This document shows positions 28,708-38,173 of a stretch of 64,000 nucleotides of DNA, in pieces. Every line of letters begins with the position of its first letter. Position 1 is the first letter of the stretch. Both the position numbers and the translations under genes were made by a program. The notes beneath the pieces were generated by a model. That model saw only the letters and a program-made list of their open reading frames with translations, searched no databases and had not been told where the DNA came from. The DNA comes from Candidatus Heimdallarchaeota archaeon (lineage in GTDB: Archaea > Asgardarchaeota > Heimdallarchaeia > Hodarchaeales > Hodarchaeaceae): contig JBHLSH010000001.1 in assembly GCA_048881705.1 (NCBI GenBank), forward strand, positions 64,001-128,000, in the 5' to 3' direction.

Positions 28708-30099
28708 CTAGTGCGGCAACGTGGATTGTAGGGGATTGGAAGAATTGACTACGTTGACATCGCGATAATTGCCTTTATTACCAATTTGGAGAGTACCATA
28801 GACTCCATCAAAACCATATGGAACGAATGTAAAATTTCCTCTTTTTACCTCAAGAATCGCATCCAGTAGAGATGATGAGATCTGATTTTCTATGTTTTTT
28901 AGTAGTCCCTGAACTTCCGCAGTAGCAAGAGTCCAAAGATTACGCTCAGGTCCAATATGGTCGACGATTTTACGATATATCTCAATAATCGATTTGGCTG
29001 TTTTTGTTTTCAAACCGAGGACATGTGCAATAATCTCAACAAGTGGCACCATTCGAATGAACTTCTGGGTAGGAATTACGCTAGTTAAATCCCTTTCTTC
29101 ACCCTGAACTTTGCCTATTTCAGTGCACCTTTGATAAACTCCGATGGTGAGCGCCTTATGGCATATCGGACAAATATCGTTTTGGGGCGCATATTGGGGG
29201 GAAAAACAGCACCATTCATCCTTTCCGTGAAAGCCAGGCTTCTTTCTTCCGCTCCGGTGACCAGTCAAGAAAAATCTCCCTTCTTCGGGAGGAAATTCTG
29301 CCGTGTAAATGATGTTTTTATTGCGCAATGAATGGATTAAATGTCTGTAATCTTTTTTTCCCGAGGATACGATGGTATATTCACGACCCATTCGATGCAG
29401 GGCTCCAGAATGGGCATCAGAGCTCGAAATGAAAACACGATCATCAAGCTCGGGAATTAATCCCAGAAAGTTTGGATCCGCTGACAGGCCAGTTTCAAAT
29501 ATCTGTAAGCGCGACGTAACCGAGCCAAAGAAATCAGATAAATGGTTAACACGAATATTTGAACCGAAAATCCCTTGAGGGGTCATAATGTGTGCTGGAA
29601 TAGCTTCCACTAATGGATTTATGTCTAGAATGGCATGTATTCGCGTTGCTACATCCCGAATCGATCCGCACTTGATGAACGGACGGGCCATCTTCTGGTA
29701 TTTAACCCCCCATTCTTTAAGAAATTGATTTAAGACTTCAACACAAGAAAAATCGGGAAACAGAAAAACCATATGGACTATTTTGGATCTACGCCCAATT
29801 GGGGCGGTAAAAATGAGCTCAGTTTGGAGTATAAAGCGAGTTTTATCATTCTCATTGAGGTAGAAAAAACCTGGTTGATCTTCTGTCATCGCCTTCTTAA
29901 GGATCTCATTCCAAAAAGAAAACTGACAATCTCCTGTTCCGATTATATCGATCCCTTTGAGCGGCATGGTTTGCGTAATATTCTTTAGCTGGGAAAGAGC
30001 CTTTTTTTTATTAGTTTGAATTCTTTCTGGAGTAAGTTTCAATGAATGTGTACCCCCTGCAAAAATCGAGTGCGCATGAAGATCGACAGCTAGATCCAA
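28708..30099 (-). CDS. endoQ: Endonuclease Q family (PHP-domain, TIGR00375-like)
   Basis: DLHAHS, GTGD, IPAHIMTP, ETGLSAD, SSDAHS, GRE, CPIC...GVYQR, GFDGVYG. Confidence 0.85.
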   Translation of the reverse strand: MDLAVDLHAHSIFAGGTHSLKLTPERIQTNKKKALSQLKNITQTMPLKGIDIIGTGDCQFSFWNEILKKAMTEDQPGFFYLNENDKTRFILQTELIFTAPIGRRSKIVHMVFLFPDFSCVEVLNQFLKEWGVKYQKMARPFIKCGSIRDVATRIHAILDINPLVEAIPAHIMTPQGIFGSNIRVNHLSDFFGSVTSRLQIFETGLSADPNFLGLIPELDDRVFISSSDAHSGALHRMGREYTIVSSGKKDYRHLIHSLRNKNIIYTAEFPPEEGRFFLTGHRSGRKKPGFHGKDEWCCFSPQYAPQNDICPICHKALTIGVYQRCTEIGKVQGEERDLTSVIPTQKFIRMVPLVEIIAHVLGLKTKTAKSIIEIYRKIVDHIGPERNLWTLATAEVQGLLKNIENQISSSLLDAILEVKRGNFTFVPYGFDGVYGTLQIGNKGNYRDVNVVNSSNPLQSTLPH

Positions 30100-30136
30100 G
30101 AAAATTCCTCAGTTTATCATCCGTTTATCGAGAGTA

Positions 30137-31429
30137 TTAGCTTTCTGAAGTTATTTTCGTTTCAAGGAGCTGTTCACTTACCAACTTCAGCAGTCCCACT
30201 CCACGAGAGGAGTCACCCACAAGAAAAAGACTAGTACTCTTTTCACTATTTTGGGCCACACGCAATACGAGGCTATTCATGATATGTTGTGATAGAACCA
30301 GTTGTCTTAGAGCATCCTTGGATAGTATTCGAGCTACATTATGTATTAGGGAAAACATTTGGCAAACTAAAGCATGTCTATGAGCGCCGTTAGGAGTAGT
30401 TGTCCGCAGCATATCTAATGTTCGGCGTTCGCAGGCACATCTTATTAAAGACACTTCCGTAATGATAGGATGAAAACTTTTTAGAACCTCAACAGCCTTA
30501 TCCAAGAATGGGTCATTGGGAAACAGTTCGGAAGCATCTCGAAACTGGATCCGAAAACGTGGGAAAATGGTGCTTGGAACCATGGAACTTTGGAGGTTTA
30601 AATCCCAGATTATTTCCCGAAAGACGCGGAAAAGACTCCCGAGTCGACCCTTACCTGAACTAAACGCTAAAATAAAGGTATTTTCGACTGCCAGTAAGTA
30701 AAACTGTTGCTGATTTAAAGTATTAGCATGAATTTCGAGGGGGATTGTATCGAAAAACGTTCCAGAAGTCTTTATCTCCTCACCCCAATCACGTAGAAGT
30801 GAAGAAATTTGACTGACCAAGGATATGATCTCAGGAGATAGTGAAACATTGTGAAATGCTCGGATAGTCCCATTTGATACAATAACAGTTTTTTCTTTCT
30901 CTGTCAATACCTCGGAAATCCGATCTTGTGTGATATTATCTATTTGTGTTAGAATAACCTTTTTTATATTATTGAACACCTTTTCTAAAGGGTATGCGGT
31001 TTTATTACCGTTTTCGTGTGTCTTAATATCCCGAATCGCTTCTTGAAGGATATTTGAAAACGATAGTGAGTGTTGAAGGAGCTTATCTTGATGAATTCGA
31101 GGAACAAACAACATAAGACTTTCAATTCGATTTTTTCCACGTACGCTGGGATCAGGTAATGAAAATGAGTGAATCAAAACCCTTCCTTGGATTCCAGTCA
31201 CGTTAATCGGGATTATTGCCGTGTCAGGCTCACCAGTAGGCTCTCCAACGCCTATTGCCATTGTAAACAATGTGGTGGTGACTCCTTGCAGAATAATGCG
31301 GGGAATTTCGAGACGATGAGCAAGATATGACTTTAAACTAGGTCCCGCTTCTTCATCAAAAACAATGTGTGCAAGGAAGAATTCTGTTTCTTCTGTTTTT
31401 TCAGGTTCGGCGTTTAATCTGATCCCCAA
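30137..31429 (-). CDS. uDENN/longin-like plus roadblock-like multidomain protein
   Basis: N-terminal FFLAHIVFDEEAGPSLKSY is the uDENN-type start (Npr2/Afi1/FLCN-like); followed by two alpha/beta roadblock-like segments. Confidence 0.6.
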   Translation of the reverse strand: MGIRLNAEPEKTEETEFFLAHIVFDEEAGPSLKSYLAHRLEIPRIILQGVTTTLFTMAIGVGEPTGEPDTAIIPINVTGIQGRVLIHSFSLPDPSVRGKNRIESLMLFVPRIHQDKLLQHSLSFSNILQEAIRDIKTHENGNKTAYPLEKVFNNIKKVILTQIDNITQDRISEVLTEKEKTVIVSNGTIRAFHNVSLSPEIISLVSQISSLLRDWGEEIKTSGTFFDTIPLEIHANTLNQQQFYLLAVENTFILAFSSGKGRLGSLFRVFREIIWDLNLQSSMVPSTIFPRFRIQFRDASELFPNDPFLDKAVEVLKSFHPIITEVSLIRCACERRTLDMLRTTTPNGAHRHALVCQMFSLIHNVARILSKDALRQLVLSQHIMNSLVLRVAQNSEKSTSLFLVGDSSRGVGLLKLVSEQLLETKITSES

Positions 31430-31536
31430 ATGAATAACCCGGGTTGATATTATAATGCAATCTAATATCTATGAAAAGAACTCTTCACAGCCCCGTTCAT
31501 AAATTTGACGAAACAGGGGGAGTCCAAGTATTTGCA

Positions 31537-31842
31537 CTAGGACTCTGGGTCTATCAACTTTATTTTTTCAATTAACTCCTCCCACTCTTTTTCCTTCTTG
31601 GTTTTTTTTGAAGAAACTAATTTGTCCTTTATACCTAAGACATCTAAGGCCCACTGCCGTTCTTTCTCACGTTTCTGTTTCCCCTTTTTTTGACGATGTT
31701 CCGCCGCCTCTATCCACGTAGGAAGGGCGTCTTCCTGGACTCCGCAGCTTGTGCAGACATAGATCGTCTCCTCCTTATTCCAATGGAGGGTGCCATCCTT
31801 ACATTCCCGACAAGGAATTCGTGAATCACGCATGATTTTCAC
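31537..31842 (-). CDS. Small zinc-ribbon protein with a basic helical tail
   Basis: CRECKDG...YVCTSCG; K/E-rich C-terminus. Confidence 0.75.
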   Translation of the reverse strand: MKIMRDSRIPCRECKDGTLHWNKEETIYVCTSCGVQEDALPTWIEAAEHRQKKGKQKREKERQWALDVLGIKDKLVSSKKTKKEKEWEELIEKIKLIDPES

Positions 31843-31846
31843 TTTC

Positions 31847-32338
31847 CTATGACATTTCGAGAATCTTATCGATCTTATCCTGAGAGATATGGAGAGATGA
31901 TAGTGAAAACAAGGGCCGACTTTTCGGGTACTGGTGCTCTTCCAAGATCTGGAGTATTAAGTTCACGCCTGGACCGATAACCAGTTTTAGTAATTCCATA
32001 TCTACATAAGGGTCCGTCAAAACACCGAGAAAAGCAATACTCCCCACTGCTCGAATGAAGAATTTAAAATTCTCGCTCTCGGAAGTGAGTGAAACCCAAG
32101 GTGAAGACCCTATTTCCCGACCAATCGTTACCATATTGGCGTTTATTCCCGCTACCAAGGAACAGAGAATTAAACTGCTTTCTTTCCCCAAAGTTCCTTC
32201 TAAATTTATTTCCTCGATTAATAGTCCATCTGTATCAATGATGGTTACGGCATGAATCCCATTTAGCGAATTTACGATATCCTGAAGAACATCCTGGAGA
32301 TTTTTGGTAAAACCTGCATTATTATTGGAGAGAGGCAC
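31847..32338 (-). CDS. Roadblock/LC7 domain protein
   Basis: LQDVLQDIVNSLNGIHAVTIIDTDGLLI...FFIRAVGSIAFLGVLT. Confidence 0.85.
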   Translation of the reverse strand: MPLSNNNAGFTKNLQDVLQDIVNSLNGIHAVTIIDTDGLLIEEINLEGTLGKESSLILCSLVAGINANMVTIGREIGSSPWVSLTSESENFKFFIRAVGSIAFLGVLTDPYVDMELLKLVIGPGVNLILQILEEHQYPKSRPLFSLSSLHISQDKIDKILEMS

Positions 32339-32373
32339 GGCCTTTCAACCTGTCAAAGAAAGGGTTTATTAGT

Positions 32374-32675
32374 GGAACAGACCAGATCTCGAGACATCCA
32401 CGAATGATTGGCTGAACTTGGGTTTGTTCACGACCCGAGTCCGAACAGCGTAAACCCGCGATCTTAGAGCTGTTGCCTTCCGGCCCTGACCCAGTTTAAT
32501 CTACCCTTCTTGCTCTTCTCTCCAGAAGAGCCTCGGGAAGAGCCCACCTGTCCGGGGAGCCGATCATTACAAATTCCAAGGAACCTCACACTGATTCAAT
32601 CCCTCAATCTGGGATTCCGCTCGTCTTATAGCCTTCCGATATAGCCAGGAGGCTACCCTGGCCGCCTACTGTTCC
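32374..32675 (-). ncRNA. ffs: Archaeal SRP (7S) RNA
   Basis: Minus strand has the helix-8 motif GGUCAGGGCC-GGAA-GGCAACAGC, helix 6 GCUCUUCU-GGAG-AGAAGAGC, an Alu domain with GCCAGG/CCUGGC stem and complementary loops UAGCCU/AGGCUA, terminal pairing GGAACAG/CUGUUCC. Length ~302 nt. Confidence 0.92.
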
Positions 32676-32862
32676 GTAATGTTCGTAAATCGAGCGCGTT
32701 TAACACCTTTTTGGAAGTGGTTTTATAATATAACTATAATATGGTCAATGGCCACCCCATCTTTGGGGGAGATAACTTTTTTAAGTGTTGTTGTTGTTGG
32801 TCGTCACGACCAACACACGAGAATTTATCCACATGTTATTGTGTTTTGGGTGAAAATTCGAT

Positions 32863-33141
32863 TTGAATCAAGCCAAATTTGTCGAAAAAAGCATTCAAAC
32901 TGATCTCTGTGGCATGCTAGAGCAGTTGCCTATTCCCCCTAGTGCAAAGAAGGTGTATACAGTTCTTCATAGAGAAGGTCCCCTTACCTCGGGAGATCTT
33001 GAAACACGTTGTTCTTATTCAGATAGAACGATCCGAAACGCTCTGAAACGTTTGATTAACTTGGGAGTCGTACGCAAGGTTGCAAATTTCCAAGATATGC
33101 GCACCTCCCTTTTCCATGTTCTTTCTAATCCAGCTGCTTAG
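32863..33141 (+). CDS. Small winged-helix transcriptional regulator (MarR/TrmB-like archaeal family)
   Basis: LPIPPSAKKVYTVLHREGPLTSGDL...SDRTIRNALKRL...DMRTSLF. Start may be the ATG at 32914. Confidence 0.85.
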   Translation: MNQAKFVEKSIQTDLCGMLEQLPIPPSAKKVYTVLHREGPLTSGDLETRCSYSDRTIRNALKRLINLGVVRKVANFQDMRTSLFHVLSNPAA

Positions 33142-33184
33142 GCACATAAGCTTTCATTAAGTATTTACTTTTTTTATTGGGTCA

Positions 33185-33799
33185 TCAAGTATTAAAAAGT
33201 TTCATTCCGTATAAATCCCAGAGGGTTTTCCAAACCCAATTGATGGGCAGTCCAACCACGTTATAGAAATCTCCGCGAATTGATTTTGCAAGCATTGCTC
33301 CCATACCCTGGATTGCATAGGCGCCCGCTCTGCCTTGCCATTCGTTGGTATCAAGGTAAAGTCTTATCTCTTCACGCGAAAGGTAGCGAAATTCAACTTC
33401 CGTGGATTCCACGGTCTGATAGCGCTTTCCGCCAGGATATACAACTATACATACCCCTGTCAACACATTATGTCGCTTTCCCGAAAGTCGGGCTAGCATT
33501 TGCCTGGCTTCGTCACGGTTCTTCGGTTTTCCAAGCGTTTGGCCTGTTATATCTAGAACGATTGTATCACATCCAATCACAGCAAAGGAAATCTTTCCTG
33601 ATTCCACCGTGAACTGCTGAGCGGCAACATTTTCTGCTTTTTTGCAGGAAAGCTGAAGTAGGTAGGTCCTAGGGTCAATCTCTGGAGAATCTTCTTTTAT
33701 TTGACTCGGAACGACCCGAAACGGTATAGCAAGCTGGGAAAGAAGGGTTTTTCGGGCTGGGGATCTACTGGCCAGAATAAGTACAGGAGTTGAAGTCAA
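33185..33799 (-). CDS. maf: Maf-family nucleoside triphosphate pyrophosphatase
   Basis: LILASRSPARK, IGCDTIV, GKPK, LSGKRHNVLTG, RAGAYAIQG, NVVGLP. Confidence 0.94.
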   Translation of the reverse strand: MTSTPVLILASRSPARKTLLSQLAIPFRVVPSQIKEDSPEIDPRTYLLQLSCKKAENVAAQQFTVESGKISFAVIGCDTIVLDITGQTLGKPKNRDEARQMLARLSGKRHNVLTGVCIVVYPGGKRYQTVESTEVEFRYLSREEIRLYLDTNEWQGRAGAYAIQGMGAMLAKSIRGDFYNVVGLPINWVWKTLWDLYGMKLFNT

Positions 33800-33996
33800 T
33801 ATCTATGGCCCTCTTATGTAATTTAGGCATTTCGCAGAGCTATTATGAAGTAGGTCAGGAAGAAAAAAGATAAGCTATTTGTGATTTCTTACAATTATTA
33901 CCTACAGCATGACCTGTCTTTATAGTACAGTGCCCAAATGGCTAGATACATTTTGTTCGATTAATATAGTATAAAACGGCTAACTTATCGGAATAG

Positions 33997-35214
33997 ATGG
34001 CAAACTGTATGACTGATCAGATCACAGAAAAAAAATCCTTGGATATTAGCCGCATTGCCAATCGCATGTCCCAGATACGACCATCGGGATTGCGAAAGCT
34101 CTTTGATTTAGAAAGAGAGATTTCGCCTTCAATAAAACGTAAAGTTCTATCTTTTGGTCTCGGTAATTTGAATATTCCAGTCCACGATGCCATAATTAGG
34201 CAATTGAAGGCGGTTTTGGATGATCCCGTTTCCCATCGTTATAGCAGTAATGCTGGAATATGGGAACTTCGAGAACAGCTTGTAAAGAAATATGACGATA
34301 TTTACGGCATTACTTATGCTGCCGATCAATTTGTGGTTACCGCTGGAGCCTTGGAAGCATTAATGGATACTTTTCTCGCCTTGATCAATCCTGGAGATGA
34401 GGTACTAATTCCAATCCCGGCATTCGGGTACTTCGCTAATCACATCCGATTAGCTGGTGGAAAAACCCGTACCATTGAAACAAACAGTAAATTTGAACTG
34501 GATCCCGATGTGGTCAACGAAGCTATTACCCCACGGACGAAAGCTTTGGTACTTAACTTCCCAAATAATCCTACGGGAAGTGTTATGGATAGTAGCCAAA
34601 TTCGAGCAATAGTAGAAACAGCAGCAGATAAAGGCATCCTTGTAATCTCTGATGAATCCTACGAATACATTACTTATGAAGGGCATAAACATACATGCGC
34701 TTCGGAATTTTCTCTCGAAAATGTGCTCGTAGTCTCATCTTTCTCCAAAACCTATGCAATGACTGGGTTCCGAGTTGGATATGTTGTTGGGCCAAGGACG
34801 TTAATTCCCCATATTTTGCTTCTCCATCAACACAACACAGCGTGTACGACCACGGTTTCCCAGTATGCTGCCAAAATAGCCTTGGAATCTCCCCCGTCCA
34901 TTCGTGAAACTTTGGTTCAAGAGCTGGCCGCACGAAGATTAGCCACCATTGATGCGTTTACATCGATAGATGGAATCGAGCTGAACTATGCTCCAAAGGG
35001 AGCTTTCTACATATTTCCTGATGTCAGCGGTACAGGAATGGATGGAACAGAGTTTTCTGAATATCTTCTTAAACATGCACAAGTTGTGGTTGTTCCAGGC
35101 GAGGAATTTGGCGTCATTGGAAAAAACCACGTACGAGTGGCCTATGGATTTCTTGAAGTATCTGAAATCAATGAGGCAGGAAAACGCATCCATGATGTGT
35201 TTGCCAATGGTTGA
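33997..35214 (+). CDS. PLP-dependent aminotransferase class I/II (aspartate aminotransferase-like)
   Basis: YSSNAGIWELR, NFPNNPTG, SDESY, SFSKTYAMTGFRVG, VVPGEEFG. Confidence 0.93.
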   Translation: MANCMTDQITEKKSLDISRIANRMSQIRPSGLRKLFDLEREISPSIKRKVLSFGLGNLNIPVHDAIIRQLKAVLDDPVSHRYSSNAGIWELREQLVKKYDDIYGITYAADQFVVTAGALEALMDTFLALINPGDEVLIPIPAFGYFANHIRLAGGKTRTIETNSKFELDPDVVNEAITPRTKALVLNFPNNPTGSVMDSSQIRAIVETAADKGILVISDESYEYITYEGHKHTCASEFSLENVLVVSSFSKTYAMTGFRVGYVVGPRTLIPHILLLHQHNTACTTTVSQYAAKIALESPPSIRETLVQELAARRLATIDAFTSIDGIELNYAPKGAFYIFPDVSGTGMDGTEFSEYLLKHAQVVVVPGEEFGVIGKNHVRVAYGFLEVSEINEAGKRIHDVFANG

Positions 35215-35330
35215 AATCTCCCAAATGGTCTCAATCAAATCCCATCCTCAGCCATTTTAAACAATCGAATTTATACTTACCAGATAAGGAATCAGTATAC
35301 CTTACTGAACAAGAGCAGATAGTGGAAAAT

Positions 35331-36647
35331 ATGAGCAAAAGTAGAGCCTTAATCCTTAAAGCTGACGAATTGCCGACCAAGTGGTATAATGTTGTGCCAG
35401 ACTTACCAGAATCTCTTCCACCACCGAAGGATCCCCCAGAGGGGTATTCAAGAGTTAAAGACCTGCCAAATATGCTTTTAAAGGAATGCCTGAACCAAGA
35501 AATGTCAGATAAGCGGTGGTTTGACATTCCTGATGGAATACGAGAACTCTTCTTGGCAGCTGGTCGACCAAGACCTTTGTACCGGGCAAAGAATCTGGAA
35601 GCAAAACTGGGAACACCAGCCAAGCTCTATTTCAAATCCGAGTTTTTCAGTCCAACAGGAAGCCATAAGGTCAATACCGCCCTGGTGCAAGCCTATTATG
35701 CCAAAAAAGAAGGATTTGAAAGACTTACAACTGAAACAGGGGCAGGACAATGGGGAAATGCGCTCGCTTATGCTGCAAGTCTAAATGATTTAGAATGTAC
35801 GGTTTTTTGGGTCCGGGCCGTCTATCGGTGGAAAGAGCAAAGACGCAAGTTTATGCAGTTGTACGGAGCGGATGTATATGCTTCACCCAGTAAAAAAACG
35901 GAATTCGGTAACAAGCTCTATAAGGAAAATCCCAACCACAACGGATCTCTCGGAATTGCCATCTCAGAGGGCCTGGAAGAAGCAAAGAAATCCCCGGATG
36001 CGGTGTATTGTCTTGGTTCAGTTTTGAATCATGTCTTAATGCATCAGACTATAATTGGACTCGAGACTAAGAAGCAGTTTGAGATGGCGGGCGAATATCC
36101 TGACATGGTGATTTCATGTCTTGGTGGAGGTAGTAACTTTGGAGGTATCGCTATTCCTTTTTTGCATGATGTTCTCGCAAAAAAGTCAGAAATAACGTTC
36201 ATTGCTGCTCAAAGCCAAACAGCTCCCAATTTACAAGGAGAATACAAATACGATTTCGCCGACCACGCCGAAATGACCCCTATGCTTAAAATGTATACCT
36301 TGGGTCATCAAGTAACCATGCTACCCATAAAAGGAGACGGTTTACGATATCATGGGTGTGCTCCAATTCTGAGTTTATTAAGGCATCATGGATATATTGA
36401 TACCGTAGCATATCCACCAGAAGAGAAATACGTGTTTGAACGAGCAAAAGAATTCGTTCGAGCCGAAGGCTTCTTACCTGCACCGGAATCTGCGTACAGC
36501 ATTGCTTGTGCCATTGATGAGGCAATAAAATGTAAGAAAGAAAAAGAGGAGAAAACGATTCTTTTTAACGTCAGTGGTCATGGTTTCATGGATATGGACG
36601 GGTATGCAGAGATCCTTGGTTTGAAAGGAAACCCCGAAAAGTCATAG
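35331..36647 (+). CDS. trpB2: TrpB2 tryptophan synthase beta-like PLP enzyme
   Basis: LPTKWYN, GRPRPLYRA, SPTGSHKVNTA, TETGAGQWG, GSVLNHV, GGGSNFGG, LRYHG, PAPES, SGHG. ATG at 35331 preferred over the ORF-track 35211. Confidence 0.95.
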   Translation: MSKSRALILKADELPTKWYNVVPDLPESLPPPKDPPEGYSRVKDLPNMLLKECLNQEMSDKRWFDIPDGIRELFLAAGRPRPLYRAKNLEAKLGTPAKLYFKSEFFSPTGSHKVNTALVQAYYAKKEGFERLTTETGAGQWGNALAYAASLNDLECTVFWVRAVYRWKEQRRKFMQLYGADVYASPSKKTEFGNKLYKENPNHNGSLGIAISEGLEEAKKSPDAVYCLGSVLNHVLMHQTIIGLETKKQFEMAGEYPDMVISCLGGGSNFGGIAIPFLHDVLAKKSEITFIAAQSQTAPNLQGEYKYDFADHAEMTPMLKMYTLGHQVTMLPIKGDGLRYHGCAPILSLLRHHGYIDTVAYPPEEKYVFERAKEFVRAEGFLPAPESAYSIACAIDEAIKCKKEKEEKTILFNVSGHGFMDMDGYAEILGLKGNPEKS

Positions 36648-36835
36648 GATGAGTATGGATTCTATACCATGTGGCGTTCCCGTAGAACAGTCTTTCCTTT
36701 ATCTTTAACATCTACTCCCTTCAGACAAAAAGGGAAGCAGTCACGGAACGCTGCATGGTACTATAGTGCGAGAGAATGTCTCTACCCTCAAGCAATTCCT
36801 CCCCGAAAACCTTGATTAAATCACACTCTAAATGA

Positions 36836-37042
36836 TTAGGAAATCAGCCTGCGAGATATGAAATCAGAAAGTTTTCTCGGAGTTCGGGTCACAAACGCAT
36901 CCATGCCACATTCGCTACACTTGAGGCGTAGAGTATTGTGGTTAACGATGGTCGAAACCGTATGAGTTGTACAGAACGGACAAACTAACTCACGTTCTGC
37001 TTGATGGTGCAGATCCACATTTTCTTCTATTTCAACTGTCAT
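36836..37042 (-). CDS. Small zinc-ribbon protein (possibly Elf1-like)
   Basis: CPFC-x17-CSECG; strong SD GGAGG 7 nt upstream of the ATG. Confidence 0.75.
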   Translation of the reverse strand: MTVEIEENVDLHHQAERELVCPFCTTHTVSTIVNHNTLRLKCSECGMDAFVTRTPRKLSDFISRRLIS

Positions 37043-37185
37043 GGTTTAACCTCCTGTTTTGATGAGGGTGGAAAACCTTCCTTCGAGGAATTTGTTTTCC
37101 GATACAGATATACTGTATCACGCCGACCGTCAGTCGGGAAACCTATGCCGGGTTGGCCGTGTAGGAAAGAACTTCCCACTAGGTA
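37043..37185 (-). promoter_or_regulatory. Structured ~140-nt 5' leader (four consecutive hairpins) of the zinc-ribbon gene
   Basis: Inverted repeats on +: ggaaaac(37070-76)/gttttcc(37094-100) enclosing ttcct-tcg-aggaa; gatacag(37101-07)/ctgtatc(37113-19); ccgac(37123-27)/gtcgg(37133-37); gggaa(37136-40)/ttccc(37173-77) enclosing cctat/gtagg. Confidence 0.55.
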
Positions 37186-37204
37186 ATGATGTAATACATT
37201 ACGA

Positions 37205-37212
37205 TATTTAAA
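37205..37212 (-). promoter_or_regulatory. TATA box for the leader/zinc-ribbon transcript
   Basis: TTTAAATA on the minus strand, ~25 nt upstream of where the hairpin array begins. Confidence 0.5.
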
Positions 37213-37450
37213 TATTTATGGGTAATTAATCCCTGATAATGTAATTTATTACACCAATGACCGAAGAATTGCGCTTTTCAAGAGGAAGTATTATGGTTTA
37301 AATCAAAGATTATGCGATCTTCTTCAAATAACGTGGCTTAAAACATTTTCCATAGCGGTTTCAGGTAAAAATCTTGCCTTAGTAGTGACATTCATGTTTG
37401 GATATCTAGAAGTGGCAATAAGAGCTTTTATTATGGACAGTGGATAAATA

Positions 37451-38167
37451 ATGGCTTCATACAAACCATTGAAGTGGCGCCCGTACGTCATACTTTCAGC
37501 AGCCGCTAGTTTGGACGGCAAACTGGCAACAGACGCGGGAGACACAAACCTCTCGACAAAAAACGATTGGAAAAGGGTTCATCTCCTACGAATGGAATCT
37601 GATGCAATCATGGTTGGTGGTGGGACAATCCGAAAGGATGACTCTAAATTGGTTGTTGATCCAAAAAAATCAGGTTCTCCAATATCACGGCAACCTATTC
37701 GCGTTGTTGTCAGTGCAACAGGGAATATCCCCCTCGATGCTAGGGTGATCACTCATGATCCAATCGTTCCCACGTTAATTGCCGTTACATCAAATTGCTC
37801 TGCTAGACAGGTTAAAAAACTCGAGGATGTTGGATGTCAGGTCATCCATTGTGGCAATGAACGCTCTGTAGATCTGTCTCTGCTCCTGAGCATCTTAAAA
37901 ACTAAGTTTATGGTGAATCGTTTAATGTTGGAAGGTGGAGGAAGACTGAATGGATCTATGCTGTCTTTAAAATTGATAGATGAACTTCAAATAGCATATG
38001 CCCCGGTTATTGCGGGAAACGGTGTTTCATTATTCGAATTTTCCCAATCATTTCAAGATTTCTCTGAATCCCCATTTTTTGAGATAATCACTTCTAGACG
38101 GATCGATGACATGCTCTGGATCCACTTTAAAGTTCATTATACTCCACGGCAGCTTATCTGCTTATAA
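37451..38167 (+). CDS. arfC: 2,5-diamino-6-ribosylamino-4(3H)-pyrimidinone 5'-phosphate reductase (RibD C-terminal/Rib7-like)
   Basis: RPYVILSAAASLDGKLA, DAIMVGGGTIRKDD, PIRVVV, LMLEGGGRLNGSML, DEL, APVIAG. Confidence 0.85.
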   Translation: MASYKPLKWRPYVILSAAASLDGKLATDAGDTNLSTKNDWKRVHLLRMESDAIMVGGGTIRKDDSKLVVDPKKSGSPISRQPIRVVVSATGNIPLDARVITHDPIVPTLIAVTSNCSARQVKKLEDVGCQVIHCGNERSVDLSLLLSILKTKFMVNRLMLEGGGRLNGSMLSLKLIDELQIAYAPVIAGNGVSLFEFSQSFQDFSESPFFEIITSRRIDDMLWIHFKVHYTPRQLICL

Positions 38168-38173
38168 TTTCAA

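Noticed and set aside
37204-37215. Perfect palindrome ATATTTAAATAT as an operator
   Set aside because: Fully explained as an AT-rich, possibly bidirectional TATA element between divergent genes.
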